Below are positions 19,713 through 31,593 of a stretch of 57,583 nt of DNA, one piece after another. The notes under the pieces are model-generated. The model was not told the origin of the DNA and did no database searches. It was given only the letters and a program-made list of their open reading frames with translations. The translations under genes and the position numbers were made by a program. The stretch covers positions 1 to 57,583 of the forward strand of contig CALFCG010000071.1 of NCBI GenBank assembly GCA_937951315.1, written 5' to 3'. The DNA comes from an uncultured cyanobacterium (lineage in GTDB: Bacteria > Cyanobacteriota > Cyanobacteriia > Thermosynechococcales > Thermosynechococcaceae). The stretch's first letter is position 1. Each line of letters starts with the position of its first letter.

Positions 19713-20606
19713 CTACCTCGGATATGTGACGGCCTGGAGTAACGACATCGGCCCTAGCTGCTTCAACTGATCTAGTTGGTTGCGATCACGGACAAACAGC
19801 GATCCCGCAAATCCCAGCGCATTCACCGAAATGCAGGCATGGGATTCTTGCAATCTAGGAACGAGTAACATCCAACGACGAGTTGTTAACAGATTATAGG
19901 GCTGAGGCGTATCGTCTTCGGTTAACCCCACTGCAGCATAGAGGCAGCGATAGTATCGACTCAGCTCCATTGCAATTGTCTGAGGAGCAGCCATCCAGTC
20001 TATCGATAGGGGCACCACGCTATGTAAAAACGGGACATCAAGCTGACCGGCTTTCAGCGATTGGGGCGTCAAGAACACCTCCAAAGGCATCCGTAAACCA
20101 TCCTTCTCACATAACGGCAAAGGCACTAGTTGAAGATGTTTATGCCCTTGACTGGCTCCAGCAGCCTGCCCTCCATTGTAGAAAGCAAGGCCGTCAATTG
20201 CTGCAAGGCTAATAGCTAGAGCGCTAAAATCTGACAGCGTCAACCAACTCTCTTGACGCTCAAAATGACGTGTAATCATCAGAAAATGATGATCAACAAC
20301 GTTAAATTTATTCAACAGCGCAACATGGGTAGCAGACAAATCTGCGACAAATAAGTCTTGTTCATAGGGTAAGAAGGGGTTTTTCTTTTCTTGAGATTTA
20401 TTACCTGCAGCTTCTTTACGCGCAAGATTGCTAGAGACACGCACAATAAAATTTAGATCGTTCTGTTCAATACTCTCGCTAGAAGTAGAGATTGGCTGCA
20501 GTGCACCACAGGCTAAGGCCGTCTGGGTTCGCTCAACCACTTTGCTCCATAGCGCTCCTAGAACAAATGATTCAGATCGTTGTTGCCCATCAGTGTCAGT
20601 CATCAT
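19713..20606 (-). CDS. ATP adenylyltransferase / Ap4A phosphorylase
   Basis: NPFLP, LLNKFNV, GASQGHKHLQ (HxHxQ), NALGFAG. Confidence 0.9.
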   Translation of the reverse strand: MMTDTDGQQRSESFVLGALWSKVVERTQTALACGALQPISTSSESIEQNDLNFIVRVSSNLARKEAAGNKSQEKKNPFLPYEQDLFVADLSATHVALLNKFNVVDHHFLMITRHFERQESWLTLSDFSALAISLAAIDGLAFYNGGQAAGASQGHKHLQLVPLPLCEKDGLRMPLEVFLTPQSLKAGQLDVPFLHSVVPLSIDWMAAPQTIAMELSRYYRCLYAAVGLTEDDTPQPYNLLTTRRWMLLVPRLQESHACISVNALGFAGSLFVRDRNQLDQLKQLGPMSLLQAVTYPR

Positions 20607-20735
20607 ATCTCCTCATCTGCTTGCGCAGACCGGCCTTACCCAAACATCTCAAGCATAAATTCGAACTAGCCTATCTTAAATCGAAGCTACGTCCTTGATA
20701 TCAAGCAAAGATCAGGCACCTGTCTAAACTCATAG

Positions 20736-20774
20736 AAAAAAGCACCTCAATCGTAAAGAAAGAGGTGCTTTTTT
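20736..20774 (-). terminator. Rho-independent terminator downstream of porin (symmetric, potentially bidirectional)
   Basis: AAAAAAGCACCTC-13 nt-GAGGTGCTTTTTT. Confidence 0.85.
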
Positions 20775-20821
20775 ATTTATCTCAGTTCAACATTAACCAA
20801 GTAAGGTCAAAGCTTGGGTCT

Positions 20822-22480
20822 CTAGAAAGAGAACGTAGCTCGGACTAAACCTTGAATAATGTCAGCGCCAGTTACACCACCGGGGTTGCCAATGTACTGC
20901 ACTGAAGGCGTAATAGAGATATTGTCGTTTACAGGCACGCGGTAGAAACTCTCAACGTTGAATTGCTCAAACGCAGAACCACCATTGGCAGCACTCGGGT
21001 CAAGGAAAGGCTGACCAAAGGCAGCAGCTAGCAAGGAACCAGGAATCAGTAGATCCTTAACAGCAACACCAGCCTGATAAGAATGGACGAGGTTGTTACC
21101 ACCAAAGAGATCTTGGTTAACTGGGACCGCTTCATTCTGAGGGTCAATGGAGAGGCCGTAACGACCAAAGACACCAAACTGACCAAAGCTAGCTTCAGCA
21201 TTTACACCCACAACCTGCTGTTGAATGCTGTTAACTTCAGAGAAGGTACCCTGCAGACGCACCGCGTAATTGATATCTTCACTAAAGTTGCCATTGTACT
21301 CAACTTCAGCAGAGGCTTGGTGGTTACCAAAACCAAGTCCTTGGCCACCACCAGGACCAGCAACCGCACTGCCACCATTCGCCGCAACATAAACACCACG
21401 AACACTAAGGGGGCCACCACCAAAGTTATAGTCGAAGGCAGCACCGGCACCACCACCAAAATCAACACCGTCATTGATAATCAATGGGTTATTGATGAAG
21501 AAGCCAGAAGCAAAGTCCTGAGCCGAGTTATTGGCGTAGCTGTTGAAGTCAATGAAATCACTCGGGAAGATGTTAGTACCCACTGTCACAGTGAGGTCTT
21601 CACCAATCGGCTTGAAGGAGTAAGCCAAGCGGCGCAAAGTAACTCCAGTACCAATATTAGAGAAGTCAGAGGCCCCTAGGTCAAGCTGTCCAGCCAGACC
21701 AGTTGCAGGTAGTGCAGGGTTACCATTCAGCCCCGCAGCAGTGAAGAAGTCTTGACCACCGTTACCGACTTCTAACTGTGTTTGTAGTAAGTCATCGCCA
21801 GAAAAACTGGTGTTGAAGTTGAGGCGAACTCGTGAAAGTGCAGAAGCACGAGAGTTAGGGAAAGGGTCAGCACCCGTCACAACATCACCAAACTGGGCAG
21901 CGAGGACTGCTTCACCCTGAAGTTTAGTCGTTGTTGAAAATTGTTGTGCTTCAACAGTATCGACGCGAGCTTCTAGACCATCAACACGGCCACGAAGAGT
22001 TGCTAATTCAGCAGCGAACTCATCTTGAAGCGCTTTAACAGCATCGAGGTCAGCTTTAGATGCAAAGCGATCGCTAATTTGATCTAGGCAAGCATTTAGA
22101 GCTGCAGCCATTTCATAACGAGTTGCAGAGCGGTTCCCACGGAATGTTCCGTTAGGATAACCAGCGATACAACCATAGCGCTCAACCAAAGACTGAAGTG
22201 CCTGGAAAGCCCAGTCAGTAGGCTGCACATCAGATAGCTGTGAAACAGAAGTCACCTGACCCACAGAGTCAGAGCTACTGTCTTCCATCAAATCAGAGAC
22301 TGAAGTTGTGGCAGACTGATCAGCCAAAAGAAGAGGCTGCTCATCAACGTCTTCTGCAACAACGTCTTCCGAAACAGTTTTTACTTCGTTAACAGAAGCG
22401 TCAGCAGCATTAGCAGGCACAGCTTGTGCTGCAAACCCTAATAAGCTGATGCTTCCAGCAATTAAATATGTCTTTTTCAT
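20822..22480 (-). CDS. Cyanobacterial outer-membrane porin (SLH + OprB-type barrel)
   Basis: Signal peptide, SDVQPTDWAFQALQSLVERYGCIAGYP, FSTTTKL, C-terminal Phe; GAGGAG SD. Confidence 0.95.
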   Translation of the reverse strand: MKKTYLIAGSISLLGFAAQAVPANAADASVNEVKTVSEDVVAEDVDEQPLLLADQSATTSVSDLMEDSSSDSVGQVTSVSQLSDVQPTDWAFQALQSLVERYGCIAGYPNGTFRGNRSATRYEMAAALNACLDQISDRFASKADLDAVKALQDEFAAELATLRGRVDGLEARVDTVEAQQFSTTTKLQGEAVLAAQFGDVVTGADPFPNSRASALSRVRLNFNTSFSGDDLLQTQLEVGNGGQDFFTAAGLNGNPALPATGLAGQLDLGASDFSNIGTGVTLRRLAYSFKPIGEDLTVTVGTNIFPSDFIDFNSYANNSAQDFASGFFINNPLIINDGVDFGGGAGAAFDYNFGGGPLSVRGVYVAANGGSAVAGPGGGQGLGFGNHQASAEVEYNGNFSEDINYAVRLQGTFSEVNSIQQQVVGVNAEASFGQFGVFGRYGLSIDPQNEAVPVNQDLFGGNNLVHSYQAGVAVKDLLIPGSLLAAAFGQPFLDPSAANGGSAFEQFNVESFYRVPVNDNISITPSVQYIGNPGGVTGADIIQGLVRATFSF

Positions 22481-22873
22481 GAAATTTACTCCTCACTCAT
22501 TTGCGACAGGAGAGTTACTAAGTCTCCTGGGTTGGCTACTTTTCATCTACAGATCAGGCCTAATAAGCCATGAAATCTAAAGAGAACAGCACCGCATAAG
22601 GCTTATGAACGCATCGCACTATTGACTCTTTTGAGAGAAAAAGTACAGACATTGATCCATAGAATCTTTCCTTACTTGTAGTTAAGTTAAACGATTTCTT
22701 AAGTTCAGCCAAGCCCCCATATGACAGTTTCTTTTTTGTCTTCATGCACGTCGCGTCGAAGGCTGGCATTGCATTCCAGGCAAATCCCCCCATACTCGTG
22801 CCGAAGTTTTATCGTCTCTCAACACCTATGAACAGGCGTATGGCTTGCACTGTTTCTCGTCAAAACATTAAGG

Positions 22874-23278
22874 CTATGCGTTAGCCAACACCTTGGATTT
22901 CAATTGGATCAGTTCTACTTTGTAACCGTCGGGATCTTCAACAAACGCAATGACAGTCGTGCCGTGCTTCATCGGTCCGGGCTCGCGAGAGACTTTCCCG
23001 CCTAACGTTTTGATCGCATCACAGGTTGCATAAATATCATCGACTCCTAACGCAATATGCCCATAGGCATCACCAAGGGTATAGGTATCGACGCCCCAAT
23101 TGTAGGTCAGCTCTAAAACCGCTTCCTCTGATTCATCGCCATAGCCAACAAAAGCTAACGTAAACTCCCCACCGGGATAATCTTTGCGGCGCAAGAGCTG
23201 CATGCCCAGCACATCACAGTAGAAGGTGAGGGATTTATCGAGGTCACTCACTCGGAGCATTGTGTGTAAGATTCTCAT
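22874..23278 (-). CDS. gloA: Lactoylglutathione lyase (glyoxalase I)
   Basis: [27 protein letters not shown]. Confidence 0.97.
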   Translation of the reverse strand: MRILHTMLRVSDLDKSLTFYCDVLGMQLLRRKDYPGGEFTLAFVGYGDESEEAVLELTYNWGVDTYTLGDAYGHIALGVDDIYATCDAIKTLGGKVSREPGPMKHGTTVIAFVEDPDGYKVELIQLKSKVLANA

Positions 23279-23426
23279 TGCATTCTCACTTTTTTGATGT
23301 ACATATTACGTCTTGAGACGGTTACATTCTGGCGTAATACCCCTAGGATGTTTTAAAGTATGCCTGCTTCTTCTACGTACCTGCTGGCCTGACCAGAATC
23401 AGTAGATGAGAATGCGTAACCTGTGA

Positions 23427-24728
<1,302 letters not shown>

Positions 24729-24744
24729 AAGGCGAACGGAGGCC

Positions 24745-24954
24745 TTAATTGTTCAGGAGCTGCCCTAATTGTTGAGGTAGCTCCATGACAGCCTGCCAAA
24801 GTTGTTCAGGACCTACGCCGATGGTGACTTGTAAGATCATCACAATTGCCGCTACTAAGAATGCCGTTTTGAGCGTGGTTTTTACAACTCGCAGTAGCCA
24901 GGTAAAGACTAACCAGGACACAACCCCTGCCGCGATAAGAATCACAAGCTCCAC
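24745..24954 (-). CDS. Small 2-TM membrane protein
   Basis: Two hydrophobic helices around a basic loop; GGAG SD upstream of GTG. Confidence 0.75.
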   Translation of the reverse strand: MELVILIAAGVVSWLVFTWLLRVVKTTLKTAFLVAAIVMILQVTIGVGPEQLWQAVMELPQQLGQLLNN

Positions 24955-25601
24955 GCCATGCTCCGTTCGTTGAGAATAAATTTTTCTTGATCAGATTCTA
25001 GCAATTGGTCACCCAATTCTTGTCTAAAAATCGGCGATTGAGGCATCTGGCGTCGGTTAGACAACGATAAAGACTTCGTTAAGAGACAGCCGAGTTTAAC
25101 AAAGTGTCGCTACGGTTAAGGGCAAGATACCTCCTAACTGCGTCTATGGCTCTAGTGTTGATACGTATGATTACGAATCAGCTTTAGAGCCTCTCTTTTA
25201 GGAGTCAAAAATTTTCATAAGATTCATTCATCCGGCACTGTGTATATAAGGCTTGCATTCAAGGGTCTTTTATTTCGCGCCCTGACGCAGACAGTGACTA
25301 AAAGCTGCTTGAGCAATCGCTAAAAGAGTAGCGTCTAGGAACCTATTCAGAAGAATCAGCGACAACAGTAAAAGTTGCCAATGGGGAACGAAGAGTCACT
25401 GGGCGATGACTGGTTTAACCCAAAGGTGACTGGGCTTTAAGACAAACAGTCCAATACTACACAGTGAAGATACAAGTATCGTTTGTCCACAGGGTATGTG
25501 TTGTGAGTGCGAACATGACTCATCGGCTAAAGCATCAAATTGGTGGCACTTAGTTCAACACCGTAAGATCCATTGAACACAGGGGTATCCAGGGAAGGTT
25601 C

Positions 25602-26864
25602 ATGAACAACTTGAAGTCTATTGGCTTACTATTGGCGCTATCTACAGCATCCTCGATGTTTACGCCTAAGGTTTTGGCTGCGACTTTTGGCCAAAAAGAG
25701 GTGAGCCAAGGCGAGTTTATAGTTGTTGCCGTTCCTCGGCAGGATGACTACTATAGTTTGCTGTTGATTGAACAGTTATCAAATAGCCAAGATTGTTGGC
25801 AAGAGAGTGGGTCATCTCCGACCCAGGTGGAACCCTTGCTTTTGAATTTTGACTTTTCTGAAGTGTGTGGTCGGAGTACCGACAGCAACGGCTACTCGAT
25901 GCGCCAGTCGGGTCAAGACTTGGGGCTCAAATATCGGCTCAGTGTCCAGAAACGCCAAGATGATGTTGTGCTGCTCGGGGTCCCTAGCGCTGGACAGCAG
26001 GGAGGAACCGTAGAAATTGGACGAACCCGTGGCGTTGAACCTGGCTTCCTCAAAATTCATCTTAATTCAGGGTGGCGATTGACAAAGCGTACTTACGAGG
26101 GCAAAACGTTGGGGCATGTCTACCTGACAACCGATCAGCCCTTTGACGATGCACCTGTTGCTAAGGCCAAACCTGAGTTATTCAGTCGCTCAAGCCGTCG
26201 TTCGCGGTCAAGACGTCCTCTCCTTCTGGACCGAACGGCATCGGCATCTTCGTCACGATCGCGACCGCTCTCAACAGGGCCCAGCCAATCCGATGCGGTC
26301 TACCGAGTGATGGTGAAAACCCGTGATTCCCAGGAACAGGCTCTGGTCAGACGTCTAGTACCCGATGCTTTTCGCTCTTCCTACGACGGCCGTTCTGTGA
26401 TGCAGGTGGGGTTACTGGATGAGAAAAAGATCGCGGTAAAGCTCAAGCGTAGGCTCAAAAACCAAAATTTAGACGTGTTCTATGTTGAAGAAAAGAGACG
26501 TCAATTGCCCATCGCTCGTACAATTCCTCAGACAGCAGTGAGTAGCGCCGGGCTCTTACCAGTCCCCAGTAGCAGTGTGCCTTTAGGGAATGCCCGTGGT
26601 AATCGACGCGTTGCAACAGCGCTGCCACCCCCACCCCCCGCTTCTTCAAGTCTATGGGGGCCACGTTACCGGGTTGTCGTTACACCCCGCCGCGATAAGG
26701 ACCGCCGTAAAATACTTAAGCTTGTACCGGATGCATTTCGCTCCTCTTATCGAGGACAGTCAGTGTTGCAGGTAGGCTCGTTTAAAACCCAGGGCGAGGC
26801 GGACGATAGAATTCGACTGTTAGAACGTAAGGGCTTTGATCCCATTCTGGAGAAAACACAGTAG
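25602..26864 (+). CDS. DUF3747 protein with two C-terminal SPOR-like repeats
   Basis: PLLLNFDF..CGRSTDSNGYS; duplicated YRVxV...VPDAFRSSYxGxSVxQVG. Confidence 0.85.
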   Translation: MNNLKSIGLLLALSTASSMFTPKVLAATFGQKEVSQGEFIVVAVPRQDDYYSLLLIEQLSNSQDCWQESGSSPTQVEPLLLNFDFSEVCGRSTDSNGYSMRQSGQDLGLKYRLSVQKRQDDVVLLGVPSAGQQGGTVEIGRTRGVEPGFLKIHLNSGWRLTKRTYEGKTLGHVYLTTDQPFDDAPVAKAKPELFSRSSRRSRSRRPLLLDRTASASSSRSRPLSTGPSQSDAVYRVMVKTRDSQEQALVRRLVPDAFRSSYDGRSVMQVGLLDEKKIAVKLKRRLKNQNLDVFYVEEKRRQLPIARTIPQTAVSSAGLLPVPSSSVPLGNARGNRRVATALPPPPPASSSLWGPRYRVVVTPRRDKDRRKILKLVPDAFRSSYRGQSVLQVGSFKTQGEADDRIRLLERKGFDPILEKTQ

Positions 26865-26901
26865 GATTTCAGTATTATCAAAGTGATTAAGGAGGAAAAG
26901 G

Positions 26902-28548
26902 GTGCGGAAACAGAACGCGATCGCAACAACACTAGCGCTCGTGCTCATCGGTATTACGTTGATTGCACAGCCCGCTTGGGCCAGAGAGACATTGCCTAGC
27001 ACCCAACAACCACCAGAGCAGTCCATCCAGCCTTACCTGGAACGTTTTTCTAAGGAGATCACTGAATTTACCCTAGAGAACGGTCTCAAGTTCATTGTCT
27101 TTGAACGCCATCAGTCTCCCACCATTGCATTTCATACCTACGCAGATGTGGGAGGGGTTGATGAACCGGATGGCCAAACTGGCGTTGCCCACTATCTTGA
27201 GCATCTAGCCTTTAAAGGGACTCAGCGCATCGGTACCACAGACTATGCTGCCGAGAAGCCACTCCTGGAGAAGCTCGATCAGCTTTTTGATCAAATTCAA
27301 GCGGTTAAGGGCAAGGATACAGAGCAGGCCAAACAACTACAAGCCGAATTCAATCAGGTTTCCGAACAGGCAGCAACCTATGTCAAGCAAAATGAGATGG
27401 GCCAGCTGATCAATCAGTTTGGCGGCGTCGGTCTCAACGCCACCACCTCGTCAGATGCCACCCGCTACTTCTATAGCTTGCCCTCCAATAAGCTAGAGCT
27501 GTGGATGTCGATGGAGTCAGAACGGTTTCTGCAGCCAGTATTCCGGGAGTTTTACAAAGAGAAAGAGGTCATTCTCGAAGAGCGACGGTTGCGCACAGAT
27601 AACTCGCCTATCGGTCAAATGATTGAGGCCTTTTTAGACACAGCCTTTACCACACACCCTTACCGCCGTCCCGTGATTGGCTACGAGAAAGACCTCCGTA
27701 ACCTCACGCGCCAGAACGTCCAAGATTTCTATGACACCCACTACGGCCCCAGTAATTTAACCATTGCTATCGTCGGTGATGTCAAACCCAAAAAGGTCAA
27801 ACGGCTCGCTAAAGCCTATTTTGGACAATATACAGCCAAGGACAAGCCATCAAGGGTCACAACGGTGGAACCGACACAAACGGAACCTCGCTCCGTCACT
27901 CGGTATTTAGACTCCCAACCCTGGTACCTAGAGGGTTTTCATCGCCCCGACATTAATGACCCCGATAATGCCGTCTACGACATGATCGGGAGCCTGCTAA
28001 GTGATGGACGTACCTCTCGTCTCTATAAGTCCTTAGTGGAAACTCAGCAGGTTGCCCTCAGTGCTCAGGGTGGGGGTAGTTTCCCCAATGATAAGTATCC
28101 AAATCTGATGCTGTTTTACGCATTAACAGCTCCTGGTCACACTGTGGATGACGTCGGTGCAGCTTTAGAGAAAGAGATCAATCTTTTGAAGACAGAACCA
28201 GTGTCAAATGCAGAATTAGAGCGGGTTAAAACGCAAGCGAGGGCAGGACTTCTGCGTACCCTCCGTTCTAACGGAGGCATGGCTAGTCTCTTAACCAATT
28301 ACGAAGTCAAAACAGGAAGCTGGCAGAACCTATTTGAGCAGCTTGATAAGATTGCAGCCGTCACCACTGATGATATTCAAAGGGTTGCCCAAGCCACCTT
28401 TACCCCCGAGAACCGGACGATCGGTCGCTTGCTGTCCACCGCCCAAAAGCCTGAAACACAGGGTGACGAGGCTCAAGATGTCAGCACTCCAGACCCAAGT
28501 GTTCAAGACCAAACTCCCGACGCCAATCAACCCGCTGTTAATCCCTAA
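26902..28548 (+). CDS. M16B metallopeptidase, active subunit (exported)
   Basis: HYLEH (HxxEH) and EKEVILEE motifs; signal peptide. Confidence 0.93.
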   Translation: MRKQNAIATTLALVLIGITLIAQPAWARETLPSTQQPPEQSIQPYLERFSKEITEFTLENGLKFIVFERHQSPTIAFHTYADVGGVDEPDGQTGVAHYLEHLAFKGTQRIGTTDYAAEKPLLEKLDQLFDQIQAVKGKDTEQAKQLQAEFNQVSEQAATYVKQNEMGQLINQFGGVGLNATTSSDATRYFYSLPSNKLELWMSMESERFLQPVFREFYKEKEVILEERRLRTDNSPIGQMIEAFLDTAFTTHPYRRPVIGYEKDLRNLTRQNVQDFYDTHYGPSNLTIAIVGDVKPKKVKRLAKAYFGQYTAKDKPSRVTTVEPTQTEPRSVTRYLDSQPWYLEGFHRPDINDPDNAVYDMIGSLLSDGRTSRLYKSLVETQQVALSAQGGGSFPNDKYPNLMLFYALTAPGHTVDDVGAALEKEINLLKTEPVSNAELERVKTQARAGLLRTLRSNGGMASLLTNYEVKTGSWQNLFEQLDKIAAVTTDDIQRVAQATFTPENRTIGRLLSTAQKPETQGDEAQDVSTPDPSVQDQTPDANQPAVNP

Positions 28549-28586
28549 GTCATGCGACTCCGTGTAATTTCTGACGCGATAGATTA

Positions 28587-30098
28587 TTGATGAACTACCG
28601 TAAGCCACTAAGGCCCAAATTGCTGAAGCGCTTTATCGCCTTCCTAACGATTCCGTTGCTCTTGCTGGGTCTGTCCTTTTCCACCGGTCCCGCAGAGGCA
28701 AAAGTGACACCCAAGCACTATAGCGATCTCACCTTTTCTGAACTGCCTGAGATTCAAATTCCTGACTATCAGCGGGTAGAGCTAGACAATGGCATGATTG
28801 TTTACCTCATGGAAGATCATGAACTTCCTCTAGTGAGCGGACGACTGCTGACGCGGACGGGTCAACGACTAGAGCCTACGGAAGAGACGGGCCTTGGAAG
28901 CATCGTGGGTGAGGTGATGCGGACAGGGGGAACTCAAACGCATGACCCTGATACGTTGAACCAAATGCTAGAGCAGCGGGCTGCATCCGTGGAAGTCAGC
29001 ATTGATAAGGCGGTGAGTAGCGCTAGTTTTGCAACCCTGACGGAAGACCTCAATGACGTCTTTGGCTTATTTGCTGAGGTTTTGCGGGAACCGGCCTTCG
29101 TTCAGGAAAAAATTGATTTTGCCAAAAACCAGCGAGCGGGCAGCATCGCTCGACGCAATGATTCTCCGGACTCCATTGGGGGCAGAGAATTTCGCAATCT
29201 GATGTATGGCAAGGAGAGTCCCTACGCGCGGATTCAAGAATACAGTACCCTCGCGAACATCGAGCGTGACGATGTGCTGGAGTTTTACAACCAATATTTT
29301 CACCCCAACTGCATGATTCTAGGGGTCGTGGGTGACTTTGATTCTGCAGCGATGCTGGAGCTGATCAAGGCCAAGTTCGGAGATTGGCCCATGAAACCTG
29401 GAGCCGTGGCTCCTGAGGCACCGGGCGCTGCACAGGCCCAAACATCAGGGCTATTTTTGGTAGATCAGCCACAGCTGACTCAGAGTACCGTGCAGATTGG
29501 TCATGTGGGTGGACGCCTGGATGACCCTGATATTTTTGCTCTACTCGTCATGAATAAAGCGCTCAACAGTTTCGGCGGGCGGTTATTTAATGAAGTGAGA
29601 TCTCGTCAAGGTTTAGCCTACTCAGTCTATGCACTGTGGAGTGCGAGATACGACTACCCAGGTCTATTTGTCTCTGGCGGGCAAACACGCTCTGAAACAA
29701 CGGCAGCGTTTATTAAAGCTATCAAGACTGAACTTGAGAAGGTCCGCACAGCACCACTAACCGATCCTGAAATTCAGCGCGCCAAGGATGCTATTCTCAA
29801 TTCCTTTGTCTTCAATTTTGACAACCCCACTGATACCCTATCTCGACTGATGCGGTATGAGTACTACGGCTACCCTGAGGACTATATTTTTCGATATCAG
29901 AATGCTGTTAAAGAAATGACGGCGGAGAAAGTCCAGGCGGCAGCGAAAAAGCACCTGCAACCCGAGCAGCTTGTCACAATTGTGGTGGGTAATGCCCAGA
30001 AGGTTCAAGCCTCACTGGAAGAGCTAGGAACAGTTACACCTGTGGATGTGACAATTCCCCCCCCTCCAGAGGCAGCACCCGTCCAACCTGTTTCATAA
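28587..30098 (+). CDS. M16B peptidase partner subunit (non-catalytic)
   Basis: Lacks HxxEH; has RLFNEVRSRQGLAY (R/Y pair). Confidence 0.9.
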   Translation: MMNYRKPLRPKLLKRFIAFLTIPLLLLGLSFSTGPAEAKVTPKHYSDLTFSELPEIQIPDYQRVELDNGMIVYLMEDHELPLVSGRLLTRTGQRLEPTEETGLGSIVGEVMRTGGTQTHDPDTLNQMLEQRAASVEVSIDKAVSSASFATLTEDLNDVFGLFAEVLREPAFVQEKIDFAKNQRAGSIARRNDSPDSIGGREFRNLMYGKESPYARIQEYSTLANIERDDVLEFYNQYFHPNCMILGVVGDFDSAAMLELIKAKFGDWPMKPGAVAPEAPGAAQAQTSGLFLVDQPQLTQSTVQIGHVGGRLDDPDIFALLVMNKALNSFGGRLFNEVRSRQGLAYSVYALWSARYDYPGLFVSGGQTRSETTAAFIKAIKTELEKVRTAPLTDPEIQRAKDAILNSFVFNFDNPTDTLSRLMRYEYYGYPEDYIFRYQNAVKEMTAEKVQAAAKKHLQPEQLVTIVVGNAQKVQASLEELGTVTPVDVTIPPPPEAAPVQPVS

Positions 30099-30107
30099 AA
30101 AATCAAG

Positions 30108-30148
30108 GCTAGCGTTGGTTCATCGGGTCACGCTAGCTCCCAATTTTT
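30108..30148 (+). terminator. Hairpin/terminator after M16 operon
   Basis: GCTAGCGT...ACGCTAGC stem followed shortly by a T run. Confidence 0.5.
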
Positions 30149-30341
30149 CCAAGCAGGCCAAACTATCGCTCCCACTCATAAAGCTTACAGCAACTGTCTG
30201 AGGCATTTATATTGCACCCAGTCTATTGCTGACTAACCTGGTTTGGGGGCGAGCTGGCGATAAAGCTCGGCATAGCGATGGCCCCATGATTCGCCACCCT
30301 TTGCTGGGTCCTTGATCGTTACGGGCTAACGTCTCTTGAGC

Positions 30342-30445
30342 AACCTGAGTTCGACAGATGCTGAAAGCCCTATTCTCTCGTAGGCTGACACCCCAAATCC
30401 TTCGCCAAGATGCCTAAAATCCACGTTTTTTGTCGAACTCAGGTT
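30342..30445. mobile_element. 104-bp MITE (non-autonomous IS derivative)
   Basis: Perfect 15-bp TIRs AACCTGAGTTCGACA / TGTCGAACTCAGGTT, flanked by 5-bp direct repeat TGAGC (30337-41, 30446-50). Confidence 0.85.
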
Positions 30446-30453
30446 TGAGCAAG

Positions 30454-31551
30454 CTAAGCCGAGGCTTCAAGCTGTTTCATGAGTGCCTCTCCCATCGCCT
30501 GACATCCCACCAGGGTGGTTCCAGGAGACTGAATGTCACCGGTCCGATACCCTTGCTCCAGAACCGCTAGCACAGCCTGTTCCAGACGCTCAGCAGCGAT
30601 GGGTTGATTAAGTCCATAACGAAGCATCATCGCAGCGCTCAGGACCTGAGCTAAGGGATTGGCTAAATCCTGACCGGCAATATCGGGGGCAGAACCATGC
30701 ACAGGTTCAAAAACTCCTGGTCCAGAAGCACCCAAGCTGGCAGAAGGCAACATACCGATGCTGCCGGTGAGCATGGCGGCAATATCGGAGAGGATATCAC
30801 CAAATAAATTGCTGGTGACGATGGTATCAAACTGTTTAGGGGCACGCACAAGCTGCATGGCAGCGTTATCGACATATAGATGAGACAGCTCTACATCGGC
30901 ATAGTCCTTGGCAAGGTCAGTGACGCGATCTCGCCATAATTGCGACACTTCTAGCACGTTCGCCTTATCAACGGAACAGAGCTGACCACCGCGCTTTTGA
31001 GCCGTCTCAAAGGCCACCCGAGCAATGCGATCAATTTCTGGTTCTGTATAGGCAATGGTGTTCACACCTCGCTTTACACCATTTTCCGTTTCAAAGACAC
31101 CCTTAGGCTGACCAAAGTATGCGCCGCCCGTCAGTTCCCGTACCACCATAATATCGACGCCTTCCACCAGTTCTCGCTTGAGGCTGGAGGCATCGATCAA
31201 CTGCGGCAAGATCTGAGCCGGGCGTAAGTTTGCAAAAAGTTCAAGTCCGGCTCGAAGTCCCAATAGACCTGTCTCGGGGCGGAGGTTCCGTGGCAACGCA
31301 TCCCATTTATAGCCACCAATGGCGGCTAACAGCACAGCATCACTTCCCCGGCAGGTTTGCAGCGTTTCTTCGGGGAGTGGGTTGCCTGCGGCATCAATGG
31401 CCGCGCCACCAATGAGGGCTTCCTGAAACTCAAAGGTGAGGTCGAGCTGGGTGCCCACGGTTTTGAGCGCTTGGGTTGCGATCGCAATTATTTCAGGTCC
31501 AATGCCATCGCCAGGAAGCAGGGTGATTCGGTACTGTTGGGTCATAGCCAC
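30454..31551 (-). CDS. leuB: 3-isopropylmalate dehydrogenase
   Basis: [36 protein letters not shown]. Confidence 0.98.
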   Translation of the reverse strand: MAMTQQYRITLLPGDGIGPEIIAIATQALKTVGTQLDLTFEFQEALIGGAAIDAAGNPLPEETLQTCRGSDAVLLAAIGGYKWDALPRNLRPETGLLGLRAGLELFANLRPAQILPQLIDASSLKRELVEGVDIMVVRELTGGAYFGQPKGVFETENGVKRGVNTIAYTEPEIDRIARVAFETAQKRGGQLCSVDKANVLEVSQLWRDRVTDLAKDYADVELSHLYVDNAAMQLVRAPKQFDTIVTSNLFGDILSDIAAMLTGSIGMLPSASLGASGPGVFEPVHGSAPDIAGQDLANPLAQVLSAAMMLRYGLNQPIAAERLEQAVLAVLEQGYRTGDIQSPGTTLVGCQAMGEALMKQLEASA

Positions 31552-31593
31552 TCTAGATAACTCGCCCTTATCTTACTGGGAATTGGCCCCTCC

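Noticed and set aside
21083-21679. 198-aa ORF antisense to the porin
   Set aside because: Explained by codon bias of a highly expressed gene; no motif
22560-22793. 77-aa ORF upstream of the porin
   Set aside because: Occupies the expected promoter/5' UTR region; no protein-like features
30233-30325. Minus-strand fragment ending SWGHRYAELYRQL, reminiscent of a glycosyltransferase C-terminus
   Set aside because: About 30 codons with no start; similarity too weak to call a pseudogene
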